The notes under the pieces: generated by a model | Seen by the model: the letters and a program-made list of their open reading frames with translations, nothing else | Told to the model about the DNA's origin: nothing | Databases searched by the model: none | From: Dudresnaya verticillata | Lineage: Eukaryota | NCBI GenBank assembly: GCA_977862235.1 | Contig: OZ374563.1 | Span: 2,232,001-2,296,000 of the forward strand | Length of the DNA stretch: 64,000 nucleotides | Reading direction: 5' to 3' | In this document: positions 11,587-23,180 of the stretch, piece after piece | How the letters are laid out: each line of letters begins with the position of its first letter | How positions within the stretch are numbered: position 1 is the stretch's first letter | Program-made: the position numbers and the translations under genes

Positions 11587-14500
11587 ATGACTCCAACAAC
11601 TAGGAAAGGCTCGAACAGGAAAACTAGAAAATCAGTATCAGGCAAGGAAGTATCCGGATATGTCGCTGCAACAGCATTAACAAGCAGGCCGAGGTATTCC
11701 CCGGCTTTCAGACGTTTCGTGGGCCCGCCCCCTGGGTTGCAGGAAGAGAGAGGTCGACCTCGTGATGTCGACAGATATGGCATAGACGTCAGGTCGAACT
11801 GACGTCTAGCTGCGCTGGTCGATCAGTCGCACCCAGACCCGTCGAAGGGTGGTAGCTGTGGTGGTAGAGCGGTGGTGTCGGCCGCGCGCGCCGTCGACGG
11901 TCGCGGATCAACGGCGTCGAAGCCTGAGCGCGCACGGGGCGTACCGTACGCAGGCGGCAGCGGCCGGATCCCTGCGTCCCCGTCGTGGGGCGGCACGAAG
12001 CCGACGGTAGGGAAAGGAAAAGGAAAGCCTAGACGGCTAGGGAAAGAGGGAAGCCATAGGGCGAAGGACTGGGAAAGAAACCCAAAGCAGAAAGGGCAAG
12101 CCTGGCGTAGGCTGGCTTGCCTTGGTTTACTGAAGCCCAGAGGGGCGACTACTAGATATACTACAGGGCCTGCGGCGGCACCAACCCGGGAGTTGCGCCG
12201 GCGCGCCCCAACACGCGTCTACGCGTACGGGTAACGGTAACCCGGGCGCGCGCGTAGGCGGAACGGTCCACACCTACTCAACGGCTCGACGCCGGAGTGC
12301 GCGCGCGCGTGTCACGAACTCAACGGCTCTGCGCCGGAGTGCGTGCGCACAGCGCGCGGGACAGCAGGGCGTTCGACCGCCGCTTACACTAGAGGGTGCT
12401 GTACACTTACAAAATAATAAACGTAGAAATTACATGGGAGTTTCAGTGTCACACGCGAACGCGTGTACACGTGGGCGCCACTGCGCACTCCCTTACAGTT
12501 CAGCGGGGCTTCGGCGCCACCGGCTGACAGCGTGCTCACAGCAGTGCACACGTGGCGCAGCTGGTCTTACAGCTGCGCGTGCGTGGCACAGGTGGTCTTA
12601 CAGCTATGCCACAAGATACAACCCCGGCCGGGCTTCGGGAATTGAGGACACACCGCAATCTCATCCTGACGGTCCTGGGTCGGACATGTTGACACCGCAA
12701 GATTACAGAGCTGCAAGCAGAAACCCTTCTTGTGCAAAAGAGCCTAAAAGGAGACCGACAGCAAGGCGCCTAGGAGAACTCTTACAAAGTCCTGAAGATT
12801 TAGCCTTGGGCCAGACCCGGCCGGGTGATGCCAGGTATGAAGAGTCAGCTTCCACAGAAGAGCGCGCAACGGATAGTTCCGTTCTGAAATCCAGGCGGCG
12901 TGGTTCAGTAAGACGAGAACTGGAAGAAACGCCTGACAGACGGCAGGCATCTATTCCACCAGGGCTTAAGCGTAGGCGTTTAGGTGTAAAGGCGCCTCGA
13001 ATTGTGGCTCAAAAGCGTATCGTGCAGGCGCCAAAGACTAGTTCGGGCGAACCGGTCGACGTTTCAGATGAGGGAGGAACTCCCGCTCTAGAAAGGCAGG
13101 TAGAGAAACCCAGCCCCAATTTATCTGGTGGTGAGGGGGACAACAGACCGTTGAACATAAGGAGAGGGCCACCTGAAAACCAAGTTCAGCCTTCTTTCCC
13201 GAAGTCAGCTCCAGGAGCTATTCAGCCTGGCCAGGCAGTCTTGGGAGCTGATGCAAAGACATCGAGCCACCGGTCAATTCCGGAAACGGCATTGAAGAGT
13301 ATGGCAAATTATGTGAACGATACCATGAAGACCTATGTTCAGTCTATGCAGGATACAATATTGCAGCGCATTGGAGATGTTGAGAGAAAACTATCAGAAG
13401 TTAAGTATGATATTGAGGAAATCCGTTGTGTTGAACAGTTTAGGTCGTCCTGGCCCGGACAAGGCTCTCATAAGAAGACTGCAAGGGCAGCATTCGAGGA
13501 AAAGCTTGAGAGTCTCACACCTCATGCAAGCCTCCTGTTCAACCAGACTGTTATGTGCAGAGTATCAAGCAGCTGCATTTCCTACTATAAATCTACTGCT
13601 ATCTCCAGACAAGATGATAGCGGCAAAGTGTCGGTTGACATTTTGCGATCTTTTCTCTTCGCAAAGCAATTGGACCAAGGAAAGAGGACATTCAAAGAAG
13701 CATTGGGAAGACGTTTCAGTGCGTTCCGGTACCTCTTCGTAACAAACGCTATATTCAATGTGCAACAGAATCGGTTCCTTCAGTTCAGGCCTTTGACGAC
13801 GGCAGCGATAGGAAAATGCACAGATGAAGTCAAAGGCGCGAGCCGGGCGAAGCGGCCGCTTCGCAAACTTCCAGGATGCCAAAATGTGTAGACGCATCTG
13901 CAGATGGATCCATTGATACCGGAATGGATTACCCCGAATGGTTGAAGCCAAACGTAATTGTCGAGGAACACATCAAAAAAGCGCGGATGCTTTGTGAGAC
14001 AGGGATGGGTAAGGGGCATGGCGCTGAACGAGGGCCGGCCGGCAACTCGGAGGATATTTCAGAACGCCCCAAGTCTTTGGCTGTGAAAGACATTCCCAAT
14101 GTTGAGGACATCGCCTTACATGGAGCTTCGAAGGTCTATAAGATAGTCACAGATTGGCTTCGAGAAAGCAGGCAAAAAGCCAAGAAGGCGCTAGCAGAGG
14201 ACCTGAAATACCTAATGGTCAACTGGAAACAGCTAAACTGTGGGGATATTGATCAGACCACACTGCGAGTGCGCTGGGCTTCAACAGGGTCTGCAGATAA
14301 TACTGCATCTACCGCGGCCGCGGGGGGGAACGCATTCGATCTTGACGATGTGCTTGATACTAGTGACATTACAGACACGACGAGGAACCCCGGCTGGGCA
14401 ATAGATATAGATGTCTCTAATACCAACCTGTTTAACGAACTGCTGAAGGAACGCATCGACATGATGTTTAGTGTTTCCCATGATGTGTTTGTACTGCCAT

Positions 14501-15054
14501 CAACGTCCGGCGGCCGCCGTAGCGCAGATATGAAACCAAGGAAACGCCAAGGTGGGGAGAAGAGGCCACTCAAAATAATTGTGAACCTCATCGAGGTTGC
14601 CATGAATTTTTGCGTGGCTGTCACACAGAACTGTTCAAAAGAGTACTCGCCCGAGGTTTTTGTGGGTGCCCACATCAAGTCATTGGAAACACTTGTTGCC
14701 TTGGCTCATGTGCTTCATATGTTGGTGAAGAAGTTTGTGGCTGTTCATTTTGACGCCAGAGGGAGATATCGCGGCCGCGACATATCAACTTCGGGAATTA
14801 AGGTTGGCTCTTTGTCACTGGAAACGTTGCTGACGGGGAACTCCAACATGAAGCGGGTACTCACGAGCAGGGCACTTCGGATGACTGAGAAAGAGTACGA
14901 AGTTCTGAACATGACCGATGACAACGCTGAGGATAAACGGACCTATGGGGTGATGCTGCGGCCACTGGTGGGCGCGGCCGCGACCCCTCCATTGGGCATG
15001 GAGGGGAACTCGTGGCTTGCGATACGACTGGAATCATGGAGGTCTAGCCGTTAA
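11587..15054 (+). pseudogene. Large unknown gene (~870 aa reconstructed) split by solo LTR D2 and one frameshift
   Basis: Removing 11778-12613 and one AGATA joins ORF 11587 (...PRDVDRY) in frame to NPGRASG... of ORF 12434..13891; this overlaps ORF 13876..15054 in another frame. Confidence 0.7.
11778..12613 (-). mobile_element. Solo LTR, family D copy 2
   Basis: Inverted homolog of 6089-6955; TSD AGATA at 11773-11777 and 12614-12618. Confidence 0.9.
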
Positions 15055-15469
15055 CGGCATTTACGTAAAGGCACAGTCTTCAGCTGCATCTCACATGTGT
15101 TTGTGTGTGCACACACAAACATGTTTCAGACGGTTAACCATATCGTTAACCATATGAGTATGAATAATGGAACTTGAGCTTCTCGCCCCGTCGCGGCCGC
15201 GTGGGGTGAGCAACGCGCAAGGGAGAGAGCATTTCCCAACCCAAGTCTTAGGAGAAGATATGCATCAACAATCAAGACAATAATGTAAAGTGAGAACTCA
15301 GCTAGAGCTCATTTACTCAACGACATAGAATGTAAACATAGACTGTTTTGCACGTTCCAGAACCGCACGGAACTACTAGTAGTTCAAGCAACTGCTCTAC
15401 GCATGCTCCAAATGCATGTTAACAACCTTGCATGAAAAGGGCGACCGTCGTTTTCGAGAACGGTCTCAA

Positions 15470-16690
15470 AGAACCAGGTCCGGCCGGACTAGGCATCAAC
15501 CACTGCGATAAGGACCATTACTGCCACCTTGCGGGGCGGCATCGCGATGCTTCCCAGGCACGAAACGGTGTGTCGGTATGCCACGACCGACTGGACCGCG
15601 TACGCGTTGAACACCGTTAGCAGGGCCGACGCCGTAATTTGCTCCGTGCGGAGCTCCATATGTTCGCCCGGGTGGGCCCGCGTTACTTCGGAAAGGTGGA
15701 GGTGACTTCGGTGAGCCATTAGGATAGCAACCGAGGTCAGTTGCAACTGCGCCATGCCGGTCTGCAGATTATCCATCGCGAAGGCAGTTGTGCTGATACC
15801 CTCCGCCGCGACCGTCGTGCGCTGAATACCGTGGGGCCCCACGACTCGGCGCAGCCGGGCGGGGCGCATAGTCCGGGCCATATCCATGGCTATATCCATC
15901 AACGTATCCATCGTAACCGTGCGGGGCTCCGCGGCGTCTATCTTGGGACGCATGGCCCTGTTGCCCATATTCCCGACTATAGTCGCGCAGATGTGCCTGT
16001 AGAGGAGCTCCACGCTCTTGGTACTCACACTAACGATAACTCCGAGTGTTATAGCTCCCATGGTATGCATTGAAACCGTATTGGTTGCGGTTGCGATAGC
16101 CATGATCATCGTAATAACTGTGATATTCGTGATAATCGTCACGATCTTGATGGCGCCCTGATCCTTGATATCCATCGCGATGCGCGCTGCTTGTAGGATG
16201 TCTGTCGCGATTACCCGTTCCCGGCCGGGCCCAGCTGGCCCCGAGCCCCGGGGCTGCAGAAGAGCGATGACAATCGTCGTACCGGTAAGGCGCTGCGGGC
16301 AGTGCCTCTTGTCCTGCCTGCGCAACAAAGCGAGCAAGATCGTCTCTCCCGGCGCGAACGGCAGCCAATTTCTCAAGCACCCCATTTACGTTGCGCGTGG
16401 TATGAGTCAAAGTCTCAAACATGCGGCTGGCCAGCTGCTCCACCGTCACGAAACCGGCATCCATCCAACCGTGGAGGTGGGCATATGTCTCCAGACCTTG
16501 AATCATCCTCAGGTCGGGGCCAGTGAGACGGAGGGGAAGCGGTGAGGATGCACGCACTTCCTCGCGGCGAACTGGCGAACTTGACGCACAGAGAGTCTCA
16601 CGTTTCGACACTTGGGGTCCAGAACGAACTTCTTTCAAGGGCGCCCATCGCAGATGACGTTTCCTGTTCCAATCTTCGCCTCCACGAAGA
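15470..16690 (-). pseudogene. G/Y/R/D/H-rich low-complexity protein remnant
   Basis: ORF 16030..16638 (HRDGYQGSGRHQDRDDYHEYHSYYDDHGY) continues in frame past stops with the same composition (GYDGYVDGYSHGYGPDY). Confidence 0.5.
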
Positions 16691-16693
16691 AAC

Positions 16694-18054
16694 TGTTTAC
16701 ATAAGTGTGTGACAGGTTGGTCGCGGCCATCAGTTACTTCTACGCATCCGCCGGCGTCTCACTGATGGCACCAGACATGCTAGATATGTTAGCACCATTA
16801 GTACCGTCGCTACGATAACCGTAGAGAATCTTGGCCCAGTCATTCCTTCCAACATCAGTGTGCAGGCGGTACAGCAAAAATGTGAGCACGACCTTGTCGA
16901 AGAAGCGCATGCGCTCAAAGTCCAACGTTATGCCTGCATTAATACCGCCAGCTTCGAACATGACGGGCACATGGGGCGCAATGGTCAGAGCAGCCAGCAT
17001 ATTCGCCGCGCTTCTGAAGAATGATTCCAGGAATGCAGCGAACTGAGCATCAATATGTTCATTGTCTAGGCCAACAATTTGGCGGATTTCAAAAGCGTAC
17101 TGCAAAGCGGAGCTCTGCTCAGCGTTGAGCATGTCGATTGGATGTGGGCGGACCGCATCGACAGCGCTTCCAGGGAGAGCTTGGGCACTCTGACTGTATG
17201 TAATCGTCACGGAGTAGCCGTCAGTCGGATACACCGCGTTTTCCTGGGTCTCCGTAGTCTCCACAGGCCCGGCGTAGCCCATCGGGTACTGGTTGTGTTC
17301 CGGCATGTCAAGATGCCAGAGGTAGCTGAAAGGTTGTGCAGTTGGGAAGAGAGCTAATGGAAGTGGCCGGGAGCGGGTCGAATGCGGTGTCGAGACAGCT
17401 GAAGTAGTCTATTGGAAGGCACCGGGCGAATATATCGTTGTGGCGACCGCAGACGGACGGCGGCATAGAAGGGCACCAAAAAATTGAAAACATTCAGATC
17501 TGTTGCGTTCATTTTTGAAAGTAAGTTTTGAAAGTAAGTTTGGCTTGCGAGTGGTTGGCGGCTGCAGCATTGAGATTGCAATTGGATTCCTTCACGCCGA
17601 TCGAAGCCTTGGACCAGCGGACTTTGCTTGCACATCAAGCCTTATACTGGGCGGGCATGTTGCATGTTGCACAAGACGGATACTGTGAGTTGAGGGTGAT
17701 AACCCTCCACCGCAGCCTGCGTTGCCACCCTTTGTAGGAACAATCCCTCTCAAATGTCGCTGTGGTGAACAATTGACCTTCGCGATTCAAAGCCTTGTAT
17801 GCCTCGGGATCACCTGTAAGTACCGTCATGTTTAATTTTTCCCCTTTACGCTCGTTGATAGCTACATGCGGACAGCCTTTCTTCGGCGGGCTGTAAGTCG
17901 TGGAATAGCCGCTGTTGGAAACGAGCACTTCATTGGTAAAGAAAATCAGAGCAGGCAGGCAGTGGAGAAGGGTTTCCGCAGTTGCAAATGAAATTTTCGC
18001 TACACATACTGAAGTTACTTGTGATTTGTGCTGGTATATGAACAGTGATGGTAA
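16694..18054. repeat. ~1.36 kb direct repeat, copy 1
   Basis: Near-identical to 32908-34264 from TGTTTACATAAG to GATGGTAA. Confidence 0.95.
16740..17306 (-). CDS. Hypothetical protein (188 aa) in repeat copy 1
   Basis: ATG-started ORF with protein-like composition, duplicated at 32948..33520. Confidence 0.4.
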   Translation of the reverse strand: MPEHNQYPMGYAGPVETTETQENAVYPTDGYSVTITYSQSAQALPGSAVDAVRPHPIDMLNAEQSSALQYAFEIRQIVGLDNEHIDAQFAAFLESFFRSAANMLAALTIAPHVPVMFEAGGINAGITLDFERMRFFDKVVLTFLLYRLHTDVGRNDWAKILYGYRSDGTNGANISSMSGAISETPADA

Positions 18055-18700
18055 CCTTTTAATGGCTTTTTAGGTGGTCCTGCTCGGGCGACTTAAAGGC
18101 CCATGTGCAGGCAGACCAGAATCAGCTACAGTGACAGAGGGCTGTCACTGTAGCATACGCAGGGAGGAGAAAAGGATAGCGGTAATGTCTCTATGGTTGG
18201 GAGGACGATGGCGTGTTCAGAGAGGGAAACTCTGCAGAGCACAGGGTGCGGATGGCGGCGATCGTAACTGGCAATGATTTGTAGATCGTCAGGAGTGGCG
18301 TCTGGCTGGGAGAGCAGGTGGAGAGCTGGGCTGTGGGTTCGAAGGGTTGCATGTTTGGTAGGTTAGGAAGGGGGGATAGGGAAGGTACCCAAATGCCAAC
18401 GGATGGCTTGTAGAACAGTATAAAATTCTGACAGTACTTGGTGAATTCACGTGCGAACACATATAGGCCTCCACAGGAGATACCGTTTTTATAAAGGTCT
18501 ATGTCTATTTCCATGTTCCATTTCAAGAGTTTTGTCCAAGCGTTGCCAAGAAATGAAATTGATTGGTTACCAGAAGGCCGCTGGGATATGAGTATGAAGG
18601 AATTGGAATGAAACATGGCTCGATGTGGCTGCGGGTGGGAGACGTGCTTGTTGACAGTCCCGATCTTGTTAAGGTTGGGAGACTAGTGGTCAGAAGCTCA
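18055..18700 (-). mobile_element. Decayed LINE-like 3' fragment
   Basis: Encodes RWHLGTFPIPP and ATLRTHSPALHLLS, shared with 27645-28680 and 26620-27340; ends GCAGGACCAC plus an A-rich tail. Confidence 0.6.
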
Positions 18701-19687
18701 GAATGCAATCAAATTCTTTAGCGTTTGTTTTGCACAGGATTCTAGAAGCATGCGCGGGTATTCACAGCCTGGTAACAATTCTTTTTCTGCGTAGTACTAC
18801 AAGATGTACTGTTAGCTCGAATGACTTGCCCTTGCTCGCTGGTAGATTTGTTACAGTTTGCGGGTGTAGCAGTTTGAAATTGTGAATAGCAAAATCGACG
18901 TGAATACCTCCACGTCAAGAATAATGTGGGCAATGCAGCTGGGAATGAGAGAGGAGAACGGTGTTTGTGTAGAGAGGAAATGTGAATGTCATATTCTATC
19001 TAGGGCCAGTCCGGTGCTTGGACATACCGAAGTCAAAATTCTGCAAGGTCATTCTCGGACTGCTTCGAAGGGTTGCCCCTCTCAATCGCCGGACGGAGTC
19101 ATTAATTCATGATGATAATATTCCAGCATCGAGAGAGGGAGCGACGAAGGCTTGTTTTATGCGGGAAATGTGGCTGCTGTCGCAGAGAAGCCTGACGCCT
19201 CGAAGCTCTCAGCAAATAGGGATACCGGCTGTCGGTACATTCTCGGGAATCTGAACATGGACGGTGATGACGATGAAGGAGCAAGGGAATGAACAGCGCA
19301 GATAGATCCGAGCTGGCTGGAGGAGGTCGCCGCTTGGTGAGCGTACAGGATCGAGCGGATGCGATTGGCGTGTCAACCGGAGCGTCAACGCTCCCCACGC
19401 GGCCACGGCGCAGGTCAAGAAGGAAGCCAAAAAATACTCGAAAAACAAATACCGATCACACGCCGCCGCCTGCGGCCACTCCGCCCCTCGCACCAACAAC
19501 GCAGGACCACGTTAAACAACAAATAAAATACAACAACACTACCACCACCGTCAGCTGCAAGCCGCCCGCGCTCTCCTCCACCCTGACCGGCTTCACTCGG
19601 CAAGGCGGGGGGAGCGCTCCCTCGCCGTCTCCGCAACGCCAAGTAACCGCGCGGTGCCGCAACCTGTTGCACCGAGTCGGCCGCGCC

Positions 19688-20922
19688 ATGTCGCCGGACT
19701 TGTCCGAAGCGGTTTACAAGCCCGTCGCCACGCTGTGTACAGCTGTCGGACCGGAAAGACGGCGAGGCCGGCCCTGTTCCTCCGCTGGCGCAGAATGCCG
19801 TCTCCGCTGCCCGTATCTACTTGCTCTGCGTGGCTAACCGTGGCATCAACGGCGCTTGGGCTCTGCAAGTTGTGCCGTGCCATGCGCTGTGCGCTTGGGT
19901 CCTATTCGTGACAAGGAAGAAAACTTACTATTCGAGTTGTATTGCGCGCTGCGTTTGCTGCATGCTCTTTCGTCGACATAGAGAGGTACGGTAGACCAAA
20001 CAGTTTTTGCGTACCACACACATCCATCAAGCCGGCGAAGAGGCAGACACTAACGTCGGAAGCGCAGTTTGCGATAACAACTCCGTTCTTCGAGAAAGCG
20101 CTCAACAGCGGTGCCGTCATTTCACACTCTGTCTGGATAGTTGGACCGCTGTCTGGCTTGATCGTTGCACCCTTGGTGGGGTCCATGAGCGACCGTTGCA
20201 CTTCGCGGTATGGCCGTTGCCGCCCCTTCATCGTTGCGGGTATCATAGCTACCATCGTTGGAATGCTGGCCTTCTCCAACGCCGTTCGCATCTCGCTCGT
20301 GTTCATCAACTCAGGCACTCCGGCGCAGCACCATGCAGCCATCGTTGTAGCTGTTCTCGCGTTCTGTGTTCTGGATCTTGCCGTCAATACTACCATGTGG
20401 CCTAGTACGTTGTTCTTATCGTGGTTTTTCTGGCAGTCTCAGCGTCTTTCACTCCTCGCAATAGGTTTCGTTCACGTTCCTCCGGCTTTGTTTGCTTCAC
20501 TGGCCAACTCTACCCAACGTTCCGCCGCTGTCCACACCTGCAGTTCGTGCGCTGCAGGGTGACCTCGTCCCACACTTCCAGCAACACCAATTGCAGAGTG
20601 TATCCCTCGTTCTGGGCTCGTTAGGTGACATTTGCGTCAACTACCATATCCATACATTTGACGAACCAGTCTCTCACATTACGTTCCTTTTCTTCTGGGC
20701 TGCGATCTTCTGTCCTTTTGATCATCGGACGCGAAACACCGGCCCGGCCAGACGATCCTGCCATACGCACCGCCGAAGGCGCCTCCATCGGTCTCGTAGC
20801 CTATTTACGGGGCCTAACAACATGGATGTGGCGCGTCGGCGGGACATATGCCCTTGGCTTCTTCGCCTTGTTCTGCGTCATGCCGAATGTGTCGAGCTGG
20901 ATTGGTTCGTCCGTCTTGAACG
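19688..20922 (+). pseudogene. Sucrose/H+ symporter-like (SUT/SLC45, MFS GPH family) gene; N-terminal half only, frameshifted
   Basis: IYLLCVANRGINGAWALQ | FAITTPFF...WIVGPLSGLIVAPLVGSMSDRCTSRYGRCRPFI...VLDLAVNTTMWP | IRALQGDL. Introns 19869-20067 (CTAAC branch site) and 20405-20543 splice in frame; frameshifts in exons 1 and 3. Confidence 0.85.
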
Positions 20923-21106
20923 GTAAGCTTCTCGTTTTCATCATCATCCGCTCCAGTTATGGGTCTTACGATTGCAACGAAGTGCAGGGAAGCTGACTAT
21001 TGAGCATCCTCGTCGCGGGTGACTCCAAACTCCTTGTTCGCTGATGCTCTTTAGTCGATGTAGAGAGGTATGGCAGACCAAACAGTTTTTGCGTACCACA
21101 TACATC

Positions 21107-21721
21107 GCGTTGAAGTTGAACATCGTTTCACTTATTTGGATGAGCATGGGCCCCGTAGCTCTGTCCCCAACGCTGCCCGAACACGTGCTGAACGCATACG
21201 TGACGAGCTTCATGCTGCTTCTGGTGGTCCCCCACAGCCTGTTGATCCACGTGACCAACTGCGTATGGATATTTTCGTTGATGATCGTGGCTTTGCCCCT
21301 CACCCCCATGGATTTGATGTCTCGGTCGTCAGTCCCCATTCTATTCATGGTTCCACTGGTCGCGTTGCTGGCCAAGCCATTGCAGCTCGCAAACGTGTCA
21401 AACGCTCTCATTACCGCCGCGTATGCGCTAGTTTGGATATGGTTCTCCATCCTATGGTTGTAGATGTCTATGGCCGTGTTGGATCTGGCTTTGAAGTTGG
21501 CGCCCAACGTATTGCTAATTTCATTGCCAGCAAGCGCGGAACCTCTCCGTATACGGAGAAACTTCGCCTCACTACTCGTTTACTCTCTTTAGTTCTCCAA
21601 TGCGTCGCGGTGAGTGTCAACCACCGCAAGCTTGCTCCTCCGCCTCTTTATGGTAGCTCTGAATCCTAAGCCCCCTTAAGGGGCTTCTCTCTTGTTCTTT
21701 AAATAAAGGTCTCCTCTCTCA
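21107..21721 (+). mobile_element. 5'-truncated non-LTR retrotransposon with restriction-like endonuclease (CRE/R2/NeSL-type) C-terminus
   Basis: RMDI...FDVSVVSP...AIAARKRVKRSHY...LHPMVVDVYG RLE-like motif; AATAAA and (CT)n tail; imperfect TSD CACATACATC/CACATCCATC. Confidence 0.7.
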
Positions 21722-21870
21722 CACATCCATCAAGCCGGCGAAGAGGCGGACCGTATCATCGGAAGCGTAGTTTGCGATAACAACTCCGTTCTTCGAGAAA
21801 GCGCTCAACAGAGGTGCCGTCATTTCACACGCTGTCTGGATAGTCAGACTGCTGTCCGGCTTGATCGCCG

Positions 21871-22181
21871 TGTTAGTACCGGTTTCTTTCGTGTGTGTTC
21901 TTCCCTTTACTCAACTCGTTTTCCTGTGGTATTTATGCTACTGTATCTCTACAATCTTTAAGGGTTTGTTTTTCTCTCGTGCACGGAGAGTATCCGAGAT
22001 ATTCTTGACTCCGGGAGTATTTCCGGGAGCAGCCATAGCATTGCTTGTCATCGGCTGACCACGACAGCGTACCACTTATCGTTCTTCATGGTCACTAGTC
22101 CATCTCCAACAAACAGCATCCATATAACAAATATGTCGACACTACTGCATTTGCTCTGCTCTCTGAACACGCTGTCTAACA
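21871..22181. mobile_element. 311-bp solo LTR
   Basis: TGTTAG...CTAACA termini and GCCG duplication at both flanks; cleanly interrupts SUT homology. Confidence 0.8.
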
Positions 22182-23180
22182 GCCGCACCCTTGGTGGGGT
22201 CCATTCATGGACCCATGAGCGACCGCTGTACGTCGCGGTGCTGTGCAGCACCGAGGTACCTATCGCAGTGACGCTAATCGAATGCTCACTATCCGTTTCG
22301 TGAGCTTGCCTCTCAGATATTATACCAGGCTGTGGCAGTTAATCGCCGATGTTTCATCTTGTAGTCTCATCCTCACCATTACGGGGCTTCCAATAGCCGC
22401 ATTATCCCAGTAAACAGAGTTCAAGCTTCTTCTTGTTTGTAATGTAATCCAACAAGCCTCGAACTGTAACTCCGATTTTGTCCGAGATGAGCAAAGGAAG
22501 AACGGTACGCGTCGCACGCCAAAGCATTGAGTACCCTATTCTGCGACATCATGGATTGGATATACAATCCAGCGACTCGCACTCCGGCTCGATTGCTCAT
22601 GTACTGCTTGTTACGAATGTTCAGTTCCAAATGCTGAACATGTCTTGCGGATGTGGTTCTTCTTGCCTATGCACGCAATGGACTCTGGGCATTCCCATTT
22701 CACACACGTGTCAGTTTCCAATATCCTCATGATACTTTCGAGCCAGCCTTCATCCCTTCTGTTTGTGTTGCTGAACTGGATGCCGTTTCCCCTCTCGTTG
22801 TCGGAGTGCTTGTGGTAGCATGGGTGCCCAGGCCAGACAAGCAAAGTGTCTCACGGTAGGTAGGTATGCCTGGCTGCCACGAACATTTTTCCCGGGTGGA
22901 GCGAAATGTTTAGTGCAATTGTACAATATTGCGGAAAATATGAGTATATTTTCCAGGTTTTGTAAACGATTATCGGTGGAGCGTATTCTCGAAAGAAAAT
23001 ACCGCAAAACCGCCTTGCGTGAGCTGTGAGGCAAAGGGCCAAGCAGTTGGAATATCTGCGCCGCCTTGCAGAAGGCGCATGCCCCTGCATCCACGCGAGT
23101 CCTTCCAACCTTCCTTTGGTTTCAGCTATCTACTCTACTTATCCGTAGGCCTGGAGAGTTAGCGCTGAGACACATGCAAG

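Larger units (their letters stand above)
21044..22235 (+). pseudogene. Partial tandem duplicate of the SUT-like gene, split by two insertions
   Basis: 21044-21106, 21722-21870 and 22182-22235 match about 19962-20210 colinearly. Confidence 0.85.

Noticed and set aside
6089..12613. Single DNA transposon with ~850-bp terminal inverted repeats
   Set aside because: Each repeat has its own 5-bp TSD (GCGTG; AGATA) and LTR-type ends, so they are independent solo LTRs.
15489..16385. 298-aa T/I/M/A-rich ORF
   Set aside because: Alternate-frame shadow of the G/Y/R/D-rich frame.
22300..23110. Gene divergent from ADA2
   Set aside because: Only short, stop-interrupted ORFs with no recognisable motif.
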